Positions 54,450-63,930 of a DNA stretch of 64,000 nucleotides are shown piece after piece (within the stretch, counting starts at the first letter, position 1; each line of letters begins with the position of its first letter). The notes beneath the pieces were generated by a model. It had not been told where the DNA came from. It saw only the letters and a program-made list of their open reading frames with translations, and did no database searches. The position numbers and the translations under genes are program-made. Source of the stretch: Minisyncoccia bacterium (GTDB lineage: Bacteria; Patescibacteriota; Minisyncoccia; 2-02-FULL-40-12; IGHO2-01-FULL-4-A); assembly GCA_050015375.1 (NCBI GenBank), contig JBEKBN010000004.1:15188-79187 (forward strand). The letters run 5' to 3'.

Positions 54450-54482
54450 AAAACCCCGCTTAAAATAACGGGGTTAAAATAG
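54450..54482 (-). terminator. Rho-independent terminator (strong on minus strand)
   Basis: On the minus strand: aaccccgttattttaagcggggttttt ctttttttg. Confidence 0.65.
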
Positions 54483-54503
54483 AAACGGATGGGTTGGTAT
54501 CAT

Positions 54504-54977
54504 TTACCTTTTACCCAGACTCGGTAACCCGGCATTTATTAATCCAGGAATAGATTCACTCGAGAAATCATTGAACAAAATCGCATGGAATCTTTCTGGA
54601 TCATTTTTCACCAGTTCCAATACTTGTTTAAAACCAGACTCATATATTTCCATAAGCTTACTGCCACTCTTGATTTGTCGTCTCATTTCCCAAAGTGGCA
54701 GGAGAATTTCAGCAGGATTTTCATCTTTTGAACATCTTGAACCCACAAATCTATCTATCTCGATTTCCCTTGTGGGATCGACGACCAGCCACCACTCTGT
54801 GAGCCCGCCTCGAGGACCCCTCTCAAGAAAACAGGCAATTCTGAACTGGCGATACTGGAAAAAAAACCATATCGAACCCAATCCCTTCTTTGAAGGAAGT
54901 ACTCGTTCTTTGGGTGAATTTTGCCAATATCTATTTAGTTTTTCAAGGAGCGTAAACACTCTATGGACGTCGGGCAT
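54504..54977 (-). CDS. Hypothetical protein (157 aa)
   Basis: A canonical TTGACA-17-TATATA promoter and an AGGAGG SD lie on the minus strand at 54985-55025. No motif is recognised. Confidence 0.5.
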   Translation of the reverse strand: MPDVHRVFTLLEKLNRYWQNSPKERVLPSKKGLGSIWFFFQYRQFRIACFLERGPRGGLTEWWLVVDPTREIEIDRFVGSRCSKDENPAEILLPLWEMRRQIKSGSKLMEIYESGFKQVLELVKNDPERFHAILFNDFSSESIPGLINAGLPSLGKR

Positions 54978-55059
54978 AATATCCCTCCTGCGTATACTAT
55001 ATATAATATGATAGTATATGTCAATTTTTGCTAACCCAGGAGTGATTAAGCGTCCCCTC

Positions 55060-55260
55060 GGCTTTTTCGAGAGTACCGTCGAATCCGCAGTGAAAAATCT
55101 TTGTAATCAAAGTTTTTCACGTCCGAGCAAGGTGTCCCTCCGCAGGCCTGCGGAGGGACGAGGACGGATTCGACGATAAGCGAGAGATATCATATATAGA
55201 GCCGAACATGTGAGGCGAGATGAAGCGCCCGCTGGGCGCGTAGAGTCGAAGCGTCTCGAG
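55060..55260. repeat. GC-rich multi-hairpin intergenic element
   Basis: cgtcgaatccg (55077-55087) pairs with cggattcgacg (55164-55174). There is a perfect 24-bp palindrome tccctccgcaggcctgcggaggga (55135-55158). Further hairpins are gtgaaaaatctttg-taat-caaagtttttcac (55090-55120) and gcgcccgctgggcgcg (55224-55239). Confidence 0.4.
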
Positions 55261-55369
55261 AAAAGATCAAGAGCGAGCGTTCTTCATGAAGTGTTCATTC
55301 CCCATTGTTTTTCTTGTAATATCATCATTTTAACTTTGCAATTTTGAAAAAAATTGCTACAATACATTC

Positions 55370-56044
55370 ATGAGAATTTTAGTTGTTGAGGACGAGGAAA
55401 AGCTGGCCAATTCTTTAAAAACCGGCCTTGAAAAAGAAGGTTTCGCCGTAGACGTGCTTTACGACGGTGAGTCGGCCCAGCGACGCATTGAGATGAATTA
55501 TATGGATTACGACCTGATTGTCTTGGACTTGATGTTGCCCAAGAAAGACGGTTTTGAAGTTTGCCGAAATGTCCGAAGCGTGGATATCGTGACGCCGATT
55601 CTGGTTTTGACAGCGAGAGACGCCGTTGACGACAAGGTTCACGCCCTTGATAGCGGCGCTGACGATTACATTGTCAAGCCGTTCTCTTTTCAGGAACTTT
55701 TAGCGCGGATAAGGGCTCTTCTGCGGAGGCCGGAACAAATATTGCCGCTGGAACTCCAGATCAAAGACCTGCAATTGAATTCCAGCACCCGGAAAGTTTA
55801 CCGCCGAGAAAAAGAAATTCCGTTGACCTTGAAAGAATACGGCCTTCTTGAATATCTGATGCGTCATCCGAATCAAGTCATGACCCGAGAACAAATCTTG
55901 GATCACCTGTGGGATTTCGCGTTTGATTCGTTCAGCAACGTGGTTGATGTCCACATAAAAAATCTGCGAAAGAAAATTGACGGCGAAAGCCATGACAAAC
56001 TACTTGAGACAATTCGAGGGGTGGGTTACCGGATTAAAGGATGA
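55370..56044 (+). CDS. OmpR/PhoB-family response regulator
   Basis: The receiver domain has the DD...D...K residues (LVVEDEE...VLDLMLP...). A winged-helix C-terminus is present. The start is TTGCTACAAT-N6-ATG. Confidence 0.9.
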   Translation: MRILVVEDEEKLANSLKTGLEKEGFAVDVLYDGESAQRRIEMNYMDYDLIVLDLMLPKKDGFEVCRNVRSVDIVTPILVLTARDAVDDKVHALDSGADDYIVKPFSFQELLARIRALLRRPEQILPLELQIKDLQLNSSTRKVYRREKEIPLTLKEYGLLEYLMRHPNQVMTREQILDHLWDFAFDSFSNVVDVHIKNLRKKIDGESHDKLLETIRGVGYRIKG

Positions 56045-57077
56045 CCCGTTCTTCCGAGCTCGGATAAGATTAACTTTCGAAAAATTCGCCATTGTCTTGG
56101 TTCTGTTTTTGATCGCCGGTTTTATCATTGACAAGGCCTATGACTACCGTTTGCGCCTGCATTTAACCGGCCAATTGCCGAACAAAGCCGTGGAGACCCA
56201 GATCATCAGTGAAACCGGCGATGATCTTCAGGGCGATGCCATTGTTATGCTTTCTATTTTAGGCGGCGCCGTTGTCGTCGTCGGATATTTTTTGGCCGGG
56301 GCAACTTTACGACCGATAAAACAAATCGTCCAAGCCCAAAAAAGATTCATAGCCGACGCTTCCCATGAATTACGGACCCCCCTTTCAATAATGAAAACCA
56401 ACGCCGAAGTCGTTTTAATGGATGGCGAGAAAATGTCCGCCAACGAGGCCGCTGTTGTCCTGAAAAGCAACATTGAAGAAATCGACCGGATGTCCAAGTT
56501 GATCGAGAATCTTCTCCGCCTTTCCTACTACGACAACACGGCTCCCGAAATTCCGTTCACCCGGGTCGATCTCGCCGAGGTCGTTCAATCAATTGTTGCC
56601 AAAGCCAAAACGCTTGCCTACCAGAAATCCATCCGTCTAAATATTTCCGAGATCGCCCGCGCTCCAGTCCTGGGTAATCCCATCGCCCTGGAACAGTTGG
56701 CGATGAATCTCATCAAGAATGCCATTCTGTACACGCCTGAAGGCGGAACCGTGGCCGTGACTGTGATTCGAAGCAGCAACGGCGTGGTTGGATTCAGGGT
56801 TCGCGACACGGGTATCGGCATTCACCCGGACGAGATCCAAAATATTTTCAAGCCGTTCTATAAAAGCGACACTACAAAACTTTTGTACGCCGGAGGTTCA
56901 GGTCTGGGTTTGGCCATCGTGAAAAAGATCGTTGATCGCCATCAGGCGTCTATTCGAGTTGAAAGTGATATCGGTAAAGGGACGTCGGTCACGGTAACCT
57001 TCCCAAATCCGGATAAATTGGTCATTAAAGGGCCGATCGTCCAACCGGTCAGATCGTCCAGTGTCGTTGAGTCGTGA
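55992..57077 (+). CDS. Sensor histidine kinase (HisKA plus HATPase_c)
   Basis: Two TMs are followed by the H-box SHELRTPL and the N, G1 and G2 boxes (GGSGLGLAIVKK). It overlaps the regulator gene 3' end. An alternative start lies at 55977. Confidence 0.85.
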   Translation: MTNYLRQFEGWVTGLKDDPFFRARIRLTFEKFAIVLVLFLIAGFIIDKAYDYRLRLHLTGQLPNKAVETQIISETGDDLQGDAIVMLSILGGAVVVVGYFLAGATLRPIKQIVQAQKRFIADASHELRTPLSIMKTNAEVVLMDGEKMSANEAAVVLKSNIEEIDRMSKLIENLLRLSYYDNTAPEIPFTRVDLAEVVQSIVAKAKTLAYQKSIRLNISEIARAPVLGNPIALEQLAMNLIKNAILYTPEGGTVAVTVIRSSNGVVGFRVRDTGIGIHPDEIQNIFKPFYKSDTTKLLYAGGSGLGLAIVKKIVDRHQASIRVESDIGKGTSVTVTFPNPDKLVIKGPIVQPVRSSSVVES

Positions 57078-57113
57078 TTATTTGATAAATTATCTTGATT
57101 TTTTCGTCATCAA

Positions 57114-58235
57114 ATGGCCAAATCTGCTAAATTCAAAAACGATGTTATTGGTTTCTGTTATAAAAAGATCCTGAGACCGATCTTTTTTAGAATGGATCCG
57201 GAACGGGTTCATGACCAAATGGTCGCTTTTGGAGTATTTCTCGGAAAATACCCATTTACCAGAAAATTAACTTCCGGTTTTTTTGGATACTCGGATCCAA
57301 CATTGAAGCAAAATATTCTGGGGATCAATTTCGAAAATCCTGTCGGGCTCGCGGCCGGCTTTGATAAGAACGGCGTATTAAGCGACATTTTGCCTTCAGT
57401 CGGTTTTGGTTTTACCGAGATAGGTTCGATCACCGGAGAGAAATGCGACGGCAATTCCAAGCCACGTCTTTGGCGATTGCAAAAATCTCGGGGGCTACTT
57501 GTCAATTATGGTTTGAAAAATGACGGTTGTGAAACTCTCTCAAAACGGCTTGAAGATAAAATATTCAAGATCCCCGTCGGCGTCAGCATCGCCAAGACCA
57601 ATAGCTCCGAAACGGTTGAAATAAAAAACGGCATTGCCGATTATGTTAAGGCGTATCGTGAAATGTCGGGTATCGGCAGTTTTCATGTTATAAATATCAG
57701 TTGCCCGAACGCTTTTGGCGGGGAACCATTCACCGAACCGGCTAGATTGAAAATGCTTTTGGCCGAACTGGAAAAAGTTCGGGTGGCGGCTCCTGTTTTA
57801 TTGAAACTTTCTCCCGATCTGGATCATCAGCAAATTGATGCCATTCTTGAAATCGCGGTCCATGGCGGTATAAACGGGATAATTTGTTCGAATCTGACCA
57901 AGACCCAAAATAATCACAAAATAATTGACCCGAGCATTCCCGACCGTGGCGGATTCAGCGGAAAGATCGTTGAAGAGAAAAGCAACGAACAAATCAAATA
58001 TGTTTATAAAAAAACAGCCGGCCAGATGCTCATCATCGGTTGCGGCGGAATTTTTTCGGCTGAAGACGCTTACAAAAAAATTCGTCTTGGCGCATCGCTT
58101 GTTCAACTCATCACCGGCATGATCTATGAAGGTCCGCAACTCATCGGTGAGATCAATTTTGGCTTGTCTCGACTTCTTAAACGAGACGGCTTCAGCAATA
58201 TTGCTGAAGCCGTCGGAATTGATAATAGGATGTGA
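57114..58235 (+). CDS. pyrD: Dihydroorotate dehydrogenase (quinone), class 2
   Basis: The N-terminal membrane-association extension, GLAAGFDKNG, NxGxKNDG and the catalytic Ser region are present, with a C-terminal FMN-binding GGI. Confidence 0.9.
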   Translation: MAKSAKFKNDVIGFCYKKILRPIFFRMDPERVHDQMVAFGVFLGKYPFTRKLTSGFFGYSDPTLKQNILGINFENPVGLAAGFDKNGVLSDILPSVGFGFTEIGSITGEKCDGNSKPRLWRLQKSRGLLVNYGLKNDGCETLSKRLEDKIFKIPVGVSIAKTNSSETVEIKNGIADYVKAYREMSGIGSFHVINISCPNAFGGEPFTEPARLKMLLAELEKVRVAAPVLLKLSPDLDHQQIDAILEIAVHGGINGIICSNLTKTQNNHKIIDPSIPDRGGFSGKIVEEKSNEQIKYVYKKTAGQMLIIGCGGIFSAEDAYKKIRLGASLVQLITGMIYEGPQLIGEINFGLSRLLKRDGFSNIAEAVGIDNRM

Positions 58236-58238
58236 CTC

Positions 58239-58658
58239 CTACTTAGTCGGACTCGGACTAGGCGAAGGGATGTTCGGCCTGATTTGGATCGTTTGAGCGG
58301 TTACGCTTCCGTCAGTGTTTGTCGTACCGATAACCGAGACCTCGTTGCCTATTTTGACATCGCCAATCGCTCCGGATGCCTGTTTGGATACGCCGGTTGA
58401 TGACGATAATATAACTACTTTTGAACTGCCGTCGCGCATTTGGACGGTCATACTTTGATTATCTATAGAAAGCACCTGACCCATTATTGCCCCAGCTCCA
58501 GCGGCTTGACCGGTCCTGGCATTTACTCCAGCTCCGTTTCTAAATTGCCCAAAACTTACCGCTGACGGTTTCTTCGACGCTTGATATTTCATCCCGCCAT
58601 AGAACGAACCTCCTGCCACAACTATCAACACAACTATCCATATAATTATCTTCTTCAT
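58239..58658 (-). CDS. Hypothetical secreted/membrane-anchored beta-rich protein (paralog of 62423-62929)
   Basis: The start MKKIIIWIVVLIVVAGG follows a GGAGA SD. The C-terminus has an SPSPSPT tail. The central pattern I.xD..S.TV...D...KVV..S..T...KQ....IGD.KIG..V.VIG is shared with the ORF at 62423-62929. Confidence 0.5.
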   Translation of the reverse strand: MKKIIIWIVVLIVVAGGSFYGGMKYQASKKPSAVSFGQFRNGAGVNARTGQAAGAGAIMGQVLSIDNQSMTVQMRDGSSKVVILSSSTGVSKQASGAIGDVKIGNEVSVIGTTNTDGSVTAQTIQIRPNIPSPSPSPTK

Positions 58659-58688
58659 ATTTTTTAATTCTCCATTTTCAATTCTCAA

Positions 58689-58776
58689 TTTTCAGTGAAT
58701 TTTCAATGTTTTAATTTTTAAACATTGAGTCATTGGAAATTGATTGGAAATTGGAAATTAGTAATTGGAAATTATT
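58689..58776. repeat. A/T-rich short tandem repeats in inverted arrangement (ttttcaat x4 ... attggaaatt x4)
   Basis: ccattttcaattctcaattttcagtgaattttcaatg is followed by attggaaattgattggaaattggaaattagtaattggaaatt. The same aattttcaat motif repeats at 7786-7815, upstream of mreC. Confidence 0.6.
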
Positions 58777-59997
58777 TTACTCGTATCTTAACGCTTCGAT
58801 AGGATTCAAACTTGCCGCCCGTCGGGCCGGATAATATCCAAATATTATTCCTATGGCCGCTGAAACACCAAAAGCCAATAAAATTGATGACGGAGAAACG
58901 CTCGTTTTAATGCCCGCGAATTTCGTGATGGCAAGCGAAGCGACAAACCCGAATACTACGCCAATAATTCCGCCGATCAGAGTTAACATCACGGCTTCTG
59001 CTAAAAATTGCAGGTTAATGTCGCGTTTTTTTGCACCGATGGCTTTCCGTAAACCAATTTCCCTGATTCTCTCGGTAACGGTCGTCAGCATCATGTTCAT
59101 AATTCCAATTCCGCCGACAAGAAGCGAAATACCGGCAATTGACGCTAGTAGCATGGTGAATGTGCCAGTTACCGACGAAGCAGCGGCGGCAATATCGGCT
59201 TGGTTCTGAACTTGGAAATCGGCCGCGGTTGGGTCAGAAATGTTGTGCCTTTGCATCAAAAGGTCTGTGACTTGCTGCTGGATGGCACTCATTGATTTCG
59301 TGTCCGGCGCCTCGATACTGATCGAGGTCACATTGGTATTGCCGGCCAGTAAATGTTGAGCGGTAGAGATGGGAATGATTATCATGTCGTCCAAATTATT
59401 GAAACCGCTTGTACCGCGAGAAACCGTTACGCCGATAACTTTGAAAACAAGACCATTTATCCTGATCTCCTGGCCGACAGCTTCACCTCCCGTGCCAAAA
59501 AGATCATCGCGAGTAGTCGGTCCCAAAACGGCGACCCGAGCCATGCTTGTCACATTGTCATCAGAAATGAACGAACCTTCGTCGATAGAAATATTCCGGG
59601 CCGAGGCGTAACTCGGTACGGTCCCGGTGATCGTTGTGTTGGTGTTCATTCCCGGCGCCACAACCTGATAACGCCGAGAATTTTCCGGCGCCACGGCGAC
59701 AGCATTTGTCACTTGGGCCGCAATGGCATCGGCATCCGCCTGGGTCAAACTGGTGGCGCTTCCCCGGCCGGCATTTACCGGTCCGGCAGTTCTTGAAAAA
59801 CCAGGCGAAACCAAAATCAAGTTCGAGCCCAATGACGCGATGCTTGATTGGATCGAATTTTGGGCGCCTTGACCGACGGAAACCATGGCGATCACCGAAC
59901 CGATGCCGATGACAATGCCCAAAACGGTCAGGAATGATCTGGCCTTGTTAACTAAAAGGGCAAGATATGTTTCTTCAAAAATATCAGATACTATCAT
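58777..59997 (-). CDS. ABC transporter permease, FtsX/MacB-like
   Basis: An N-terminal TM is followed by a large periplasmic domain and a C-terminal FtsX 3-TM bundle. The length is 406 aa. Confidence 0.85.
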   Translation of the reverse strand: MIVSDIFEETYLALLVNKARSFLTVLGIVIGIGSVIAMVSVGQGAQNSIQSSIASLGSNLILVSPGFSRTAGPVNAGRGSATSLTQADADAIAAQVTNAVAVAPENSRRYQVVAPGMNTNTTITGTVPSYASARNISIDEGSFISDDNVTSMARVAVLGPTTRDDLFGTGGEAVGQEIRINGLVFKVIGVTVSRGTSGFNNLDDMIIIPISTAQHLLAGNTNVTSISIEAPDTKSMSAIQQQVTDLLMQRHNISDPTAADFQVQNQADIAAAASSVTGTFTMLLASIAGISLLVGGIGIMNMMLTTVTERIREIGLRKAIGAKKRDINLQFLAEAVMLTLIGGIIGVVFGFVASLAITKFAGIKTSVSPSSILLAFGVSAAIGIIFGYYPARRAASLNPIEALRYE

Positions 59998-60700
59998 AAT
60001 GATTTTTTAATTTTTTCTGATTGATATTCTTTTTGTCTTCAACGATCTCGCCGTCAATTAGATGTATGATCCTTCGGGCATGTTCAGCGACATAAAGTTC
60101 ATGAGTGATGATGACAATGGTCTTTCCCTCGTCGTTCAAATGCTGGAAAGTCGCCAAAACGACATCGCCGGTTTTTGAATCCAAATTTCCGGTCGGCTCA
60201 TCGGCAAGGATCAGTGACGGATCGTTGACCAACGCTCGGGCAATCGCGATCCTCTGCATCTGGCCGCCGGAGATCTGGTTGGATAAATGGTAGAATCTTT
60301 CCTCATCATAACCGGCGCTTAGCAACGCTTTTTTTGCTCGGTCTACTCTTTCGGATTTAGGCACACCTTCATAGACCAAGGGCAGACAAACATTCCTGAT
60401 AGCCGTGGCTCGCGGTAAAAGATTGAAGGCCTGAAAAACAAAACCGATCTTTTCCCTTCGGATGTCGGCCAGCTCGTCTTCGGACATTTTTGAAACGTCT
60501 TTGTCGTCGAGAATATATTCCCCTTCCGTCGGAATATCCAAAGCGCCGATGATGTGCATAAGAGTGGATTTGCCAGAACCCGACGGTCCCATAATGGCTA
60601 CGAACTCGCCGTCCGTGATATTGAATGAGATATTTTTGAGAGCCAGGGTTTCGACATTGGCGCCTTTATAAATTTTGCTTATACCTTTAAGTTCGATCAT
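59984..60700 (-). CDS. ABC transporter ATP-binding protein (MacB/LolD-like)
   Basis: Walker A GPSGSGKST, the Q-loop, the LSGGQMQR signature, Walker B ILADEPTGNLD and the H-loop are present. Confidence 0.9.
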   Translation of the reverse strand: MIELKGISKIYKGANVETLALKNISFNITDGEFVAIMGPSGSGKSTLMHIIGALDIPTEGEYILDDKDVSKMSEDELADIRREKIGFVFQAFNLLPRATAIRNVCLPLVYEGVPKSERVDRAKKALLSAGYDEERFYHLSNQISGGQMQRIAIARALVNDPSLILADEPTGNLDSKTGDVVLATFQHLNDEGKTIVIITHELYVAEHARRIIHLIDGEIVEDKKNINQKKLKNHYDSI

Positions 60701-60705
60701 TTTGG

Positions 60706-62421
60706 TTACAAACCGAACACCCTGACTCCGCCGCCACCACCTCTTGCGCCGGCGGCCGCACCGGTTCCGGTGGTGGTTCCGGTCGAGGTTGTCGTGGTCG
60801 AGGATATAGTTCGGGAGACAACGCTGTCGCCTTCATTCAAACCGCTGGTGATCTCGGATTGGGTGTCGTTGGTGGCGCCGACGGTGACTGGAACATTGAT
60901 TGGCGTTGACGATGAGGTGGATGTGCCGGACGTCGCTGAAGTCACCGCGTTCGGCAGGGTTTCGACATATTTTTGAGTGCCTTGGGTTTTAACAGCCGAA
61001 CTTGGCAATATCAAGACATCGCTGGCGACATTAGTGATTATAGATGCTGTCACGCTCATGCCGGGTTTGATGCGATCATCCTGGGTTAGCTGAGCGATCT
61101 TAATGTTATATGAGGCAACCCCTTGAGAAACTGTTCCAATGGCGTCAACTTCGGAGACCTGACCGGCAATGCTTAAGTCAGGCAAGGCATCATAGGTCAG
61201 AGTTGCTTTTTGACCTATCACAATTTTTGTCGCATCAAGTTCGTTTAAAGTAATGGAGGCCAGATGCTGGTTGGTTATCATTGTGACAATAGCCGTACTG
61301 CCGGAGACGACGTCTCCATTATTTACACTCACTTTCGCGACAACTCCGTCAAACGGTGCGCGAATATAACAGTCAGCCAAATTCGTTTGAGCATCTGTCA
61401 GGGCGGCTTCTTTTTGCGAAACTGTATTTTCTTGATCGCTCAGATCAACCGGATCACCCAGGGTTCCGCTCGCTATGGCTTCTTCTTGCGAATTAATTGA
61501 ATCGATCGATCCGGATAAGCCCGAGATCCGGCTGTTCAAGGTGGCTGTGTAAGCTGCTAAATTATTTTGGTAAGTAGTGATCTGAGATGGAACGGCTGAT
61601 GAGCTTGAATTATATTTTTGGTTCAAATATGAGATAAGATAATTTAGCATATTCTGTTCACTTTTGACTGCCTGGGCGACCAGACGAGTTGTAAGCAGGG
61701 TGTCGTCCATCATCGGTTTCAAGGTATCCGGGGTCGTCTCAAGAGGTCTCATTTGGCGAAATTTTTCCAAAGAAACATCATAGGCGTTTTTCGCCGTATT
61801 ATAATCACTCACCGCGACACTGGACAAACTATTAAACGCTCTCAAACTATCGGCATCGGAAAAATAGTTATCATATTGGCATAAATTAGGCGAACAACTT
61901 CCCTTCAAAACATCGTCATATAGCACGCCGTTGGCTCCTGTGACAATACTTACAAGGTCTGAGTAAGCTCCGGCCATTTGATTGAAACCGTCATTATAGT
62001 CGTTCTTCAACGTTTCGCTTCGACTTTGTTGAGTGGTTCCCTGATCAATTTTAAATTTTTCAAGTGATATTTTAGCGCTATCCAGAGCCAATTGAGCGTC
62101 TCTGACGGCTTTTGCCGCATCGGTTGAATCAAGCTGCGCGATCAGAGCCCCCGCGTTAATTTGCTGGCCCTCTTTCACGACTATATTCGAAATATCGCCA
62201 GAAATCTTCGGCTTTACATCCACTTGGCTTGAAGCCAAAACCTGGCCGCTGCCGGAAACGGTCGAGATGAGCGTGCCTTTCTGAACCGTTGTTAAAACAT
62301 AGCTAGTCGTTGAACCACTGGTGAATGAACGATAGCTGAAATAAATAATGATAATTAAAACAATAGCGGCAATTCCGGACAATATTTTATGGGCACGCAT
62401 TTTTGCAATGATATTTGACAT
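60706..62421 (-). CDS. Efflux periplasmic adaptor (HlyD/MacA-like membrane fusion protein) with Thr/Gly-rich C-terminal tail
   Basis: The TM anchor is followed by a biotinyl/lipoyl-like domain, a long coiled-coil hairpin, a beta-barrel and a MP domain. The low-complexity tail reads TTTTSTGTTTGTGAAAGARGGGGG. Confidence 0.75.
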   Translation of the reverse strand: MSNIIAKMRAHKILSGIAAIVLIIIIYFSYRSFTSGSTTSYVLTTVQKGTLISTVSGSGQVLASSQVDVKPKISGDISNIVVKEGQQINAGALIAQLDSTDAAKAVRDAQLALDSAKISLEKFKIDQGTTQQSRSETLKNDYNDGFNQMAGAYSDLVSIVTGANGVLYDDVLKGSCSPNLCQYDNYFSDADSLRAFNSLSSVAVSDYNTAKNAYDVSLEKFRQMRPLETTPDTLKPMMDDTLLTTRLVAQAVKSEQNMLNYLISYLNQKYNSSSSAVPSQITTYQNNLAAYTATLNSRISGLSGSIDSINSQEEAIASGTLGDPVDLSDQENTVSQKEAALTDAQTNLADCYIRAPFDGVVAKVSVNNGDVVSGSTAIVTMITNQHLASITLNELDATKIVIGQKATLTYDALPDLSIAGQVSEVDAIGTVSQGVASYNIKIAQLTQDDRIKPGMSVTASIITNVASDVLILPSSAVKTQGTQKYVETLPNAVTSATSGTSTSSSTPINVPVTVGATNDTQSEITSGLNEGDSVVSRTISSTTTTSTGTTTGTGAAAGARGGGGGVRVFGL

Positions 62422-62422
62422 G

Positions 62423-62929
62423 TTAATTTTGTATCGGCGGCTGACCGGGCAAAACGCGGATGAATTTTGCCGTAATTCTCCCCTGATTATCCGGCGAACC
62501 GATTATTACCACTTGATCATCTATTTTCAAATCGGTGATCTTTATTGAATTGTTTTGTTTTTCAATGCTGGTGTCATCTGATACTAAAACAACCTTTTCT
62601 TTATTGTCCGCGCCCTTAACGGTCGCGGAATCGTCGTCTAATGAAATTATAGTGCCGAAAATCCCATGGCCTCCCATCATGCCGGGATCGCGGAATAATC
62701 CCTGGCTCCCGCTGGCCATGGGTCCGCCGCCGCCAAAAACCCCCAGAACTCCTCTTTGGGGTCCGCCGAAATTTCTGTCATAATTTTCGGCCCAGGAATA
62801 TGAAAACTGAGCTTTGCGATAACCGATATAAACGCCGGCGGCAAAAACCGACAATAACGCCGCCGCTAACACAACGGCTATGGCGATTTTAACGGCCAAC
62901 TTTGATTGAAAAAATTTATTTAACTCCAT
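62423..62929 (-). CDS. Hypothetical membrane-anchored beta-rich protein (paralog of 58239-58658)
   Basis: It has a shared pattern with the ORF at 58239-58658 and a Gly-rich segment GGPQRGVLGVFGGGGPMASG. Confidence 0.45.
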   Translation of the reverse strand: MELNKFFQSKLAVKIAIAVVLAAALLSVFAAGVYIGYRKAQFSYSWAENYDRNFGGPQRGVLGVFGGGGPMASGSQGLFRDPGMMGGHGIFGTIISLDDDSATVKGADNKEKVVLVSDDTSIEKQNNSIKITDLKIDDQVVIIGSPDNQGRITAKFIRVLPGQPPIQN

Positions 62930-63326
62930 GATGCAATTTTTTTACGGAATGGGACAAAAAAACTCGGTTGTCGATGAAACTGAAAAACATTCTCAAAGCC
63001 AAAAGCGCAAGCGATAGCGAAACCAAAATTATAACTATCGAAAAAACCGGAATTGACTCCAGAATGGACGCCGCGAAATCTTTACCGTACAAGATAACGA
63101 TCCGGGGATCACTGAATATCAATTGGAAAAAATGCCAAAAATCCGATTTGGCGATCTCCCGCCCCATGGTGATGAATGCAAACCCAAAAAAGCCGACTAT
63201 GACAACGGCGATGATCGAAGATGAGACAATGTTTTTCCTGACGATCTCGAGTTTTTTCTCAAGTCCGATACGTTCAAAGATCTCCTTGAAAAGGCGGGTT
63301 TTCTGGTTTTTATTTAGTATTGCCAC
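62916..63326 (-). CDS. Small membrane protein, possible anti-sigma factor
   Basis: It has a cytoplasmic N-terminus and two TMs, and sits immediately downstream of the ECF sigma gene, overlapping its neighbour. No zf-HC2 motif is seen, so the call rests on position only. Confidence 0.35.
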   Translation of the reverse strand: MAILNKNQKTRLFKEIFERIGLEKKLEIVRKNIVSSSIIAVVIVGFFGFAFITMGREIAKSDFWHFFQLIFSDPRIVILYGKDFAASILESIPVFSIVIILVSLSLALLALRMFFSFIDNRVFLSHSVKKLHHGVK

Positions 63327-63372
63327 CAGTCATAAATACGCTTAAAACAAGGGTTTTGGTGCAGGCGAAAAT

Positions 63373-63930
63373 TTATTCGAAATCGTCTCCCAGAGCTTTT
63401 TTCAGGATGATCACGCCCCGGCGGTAACGGCTCTTGACCGTATTGAGCGGTTCCTTCAAATGATCGGCGATTCCACGGAACGAAAGCGCATCGTGGTGGC
63501 GAAGCTTGACAACCTTCCGATAATGGGTCGGCAGGTCGTTGATGGCATATTCAAGTTCTTTGCTGGATTGTTTCAATTCCAGCATTTTCAGAAACGACGG
63601 CGCTTCATCGGCGACATCGAATATTTCGTCCTCACTTTCCAATGCTGAAAATGGCAAGGCGTGATTTTTCCGCAACCAATCAAAAGCCGTGTTTTTGGCA
63701 ATTGTGAACAACCAAGATTTGAATTTTTTGGAAATATCAAATCTTTTCAGGTTTTTCCAGGCCTTGACAAACGACTCCTGAGTGACATCGGAAGCCACAT
63801 CAACATTGCCGACATAGCGCCGCGAAAAATTAAAAATCGGCGTAAGATACCGTTGGAAAAGCGTTTCCAAAGCTGTTTCGTCGCCTTTCAAATATTGGCT
63901 AACCAATTGTTCGTCCGTGATCTTTAGCAT
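63373..63930 (-). CDS. ECF-type RNA polymerase sigma factor (sigma-70 family, regions 2 and 4)
   Basis: Region 2.1-2.2 is LFQRYLTPIFNFSRRYVG, region 2.3-2.4 is ESFVKAWKNLKRF, and region 4 HTH is ALSFRGIADHLKEPLNTVKSRYRRG. The start is leaderless-type: TGGTATACT-N6-ATG on the minus strand. Confidence 0.85.
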   Translation of the reverse strand: MLKITDEQLVSQYLKGDETALETLFQRYLTPIFNFSRRYVGNVDVASDVTQESFVKAWKNLKRFDISKKFKSWLFTIAKNTAFDWLRKNHALPFSALESEDEIFDVADEAPSFLKMLELKQSSKELEYAINDLPTHYRKVVKLRHHDALSFRGIADHLKEPLNTVKSRYRRGVIILKKALGDDFE

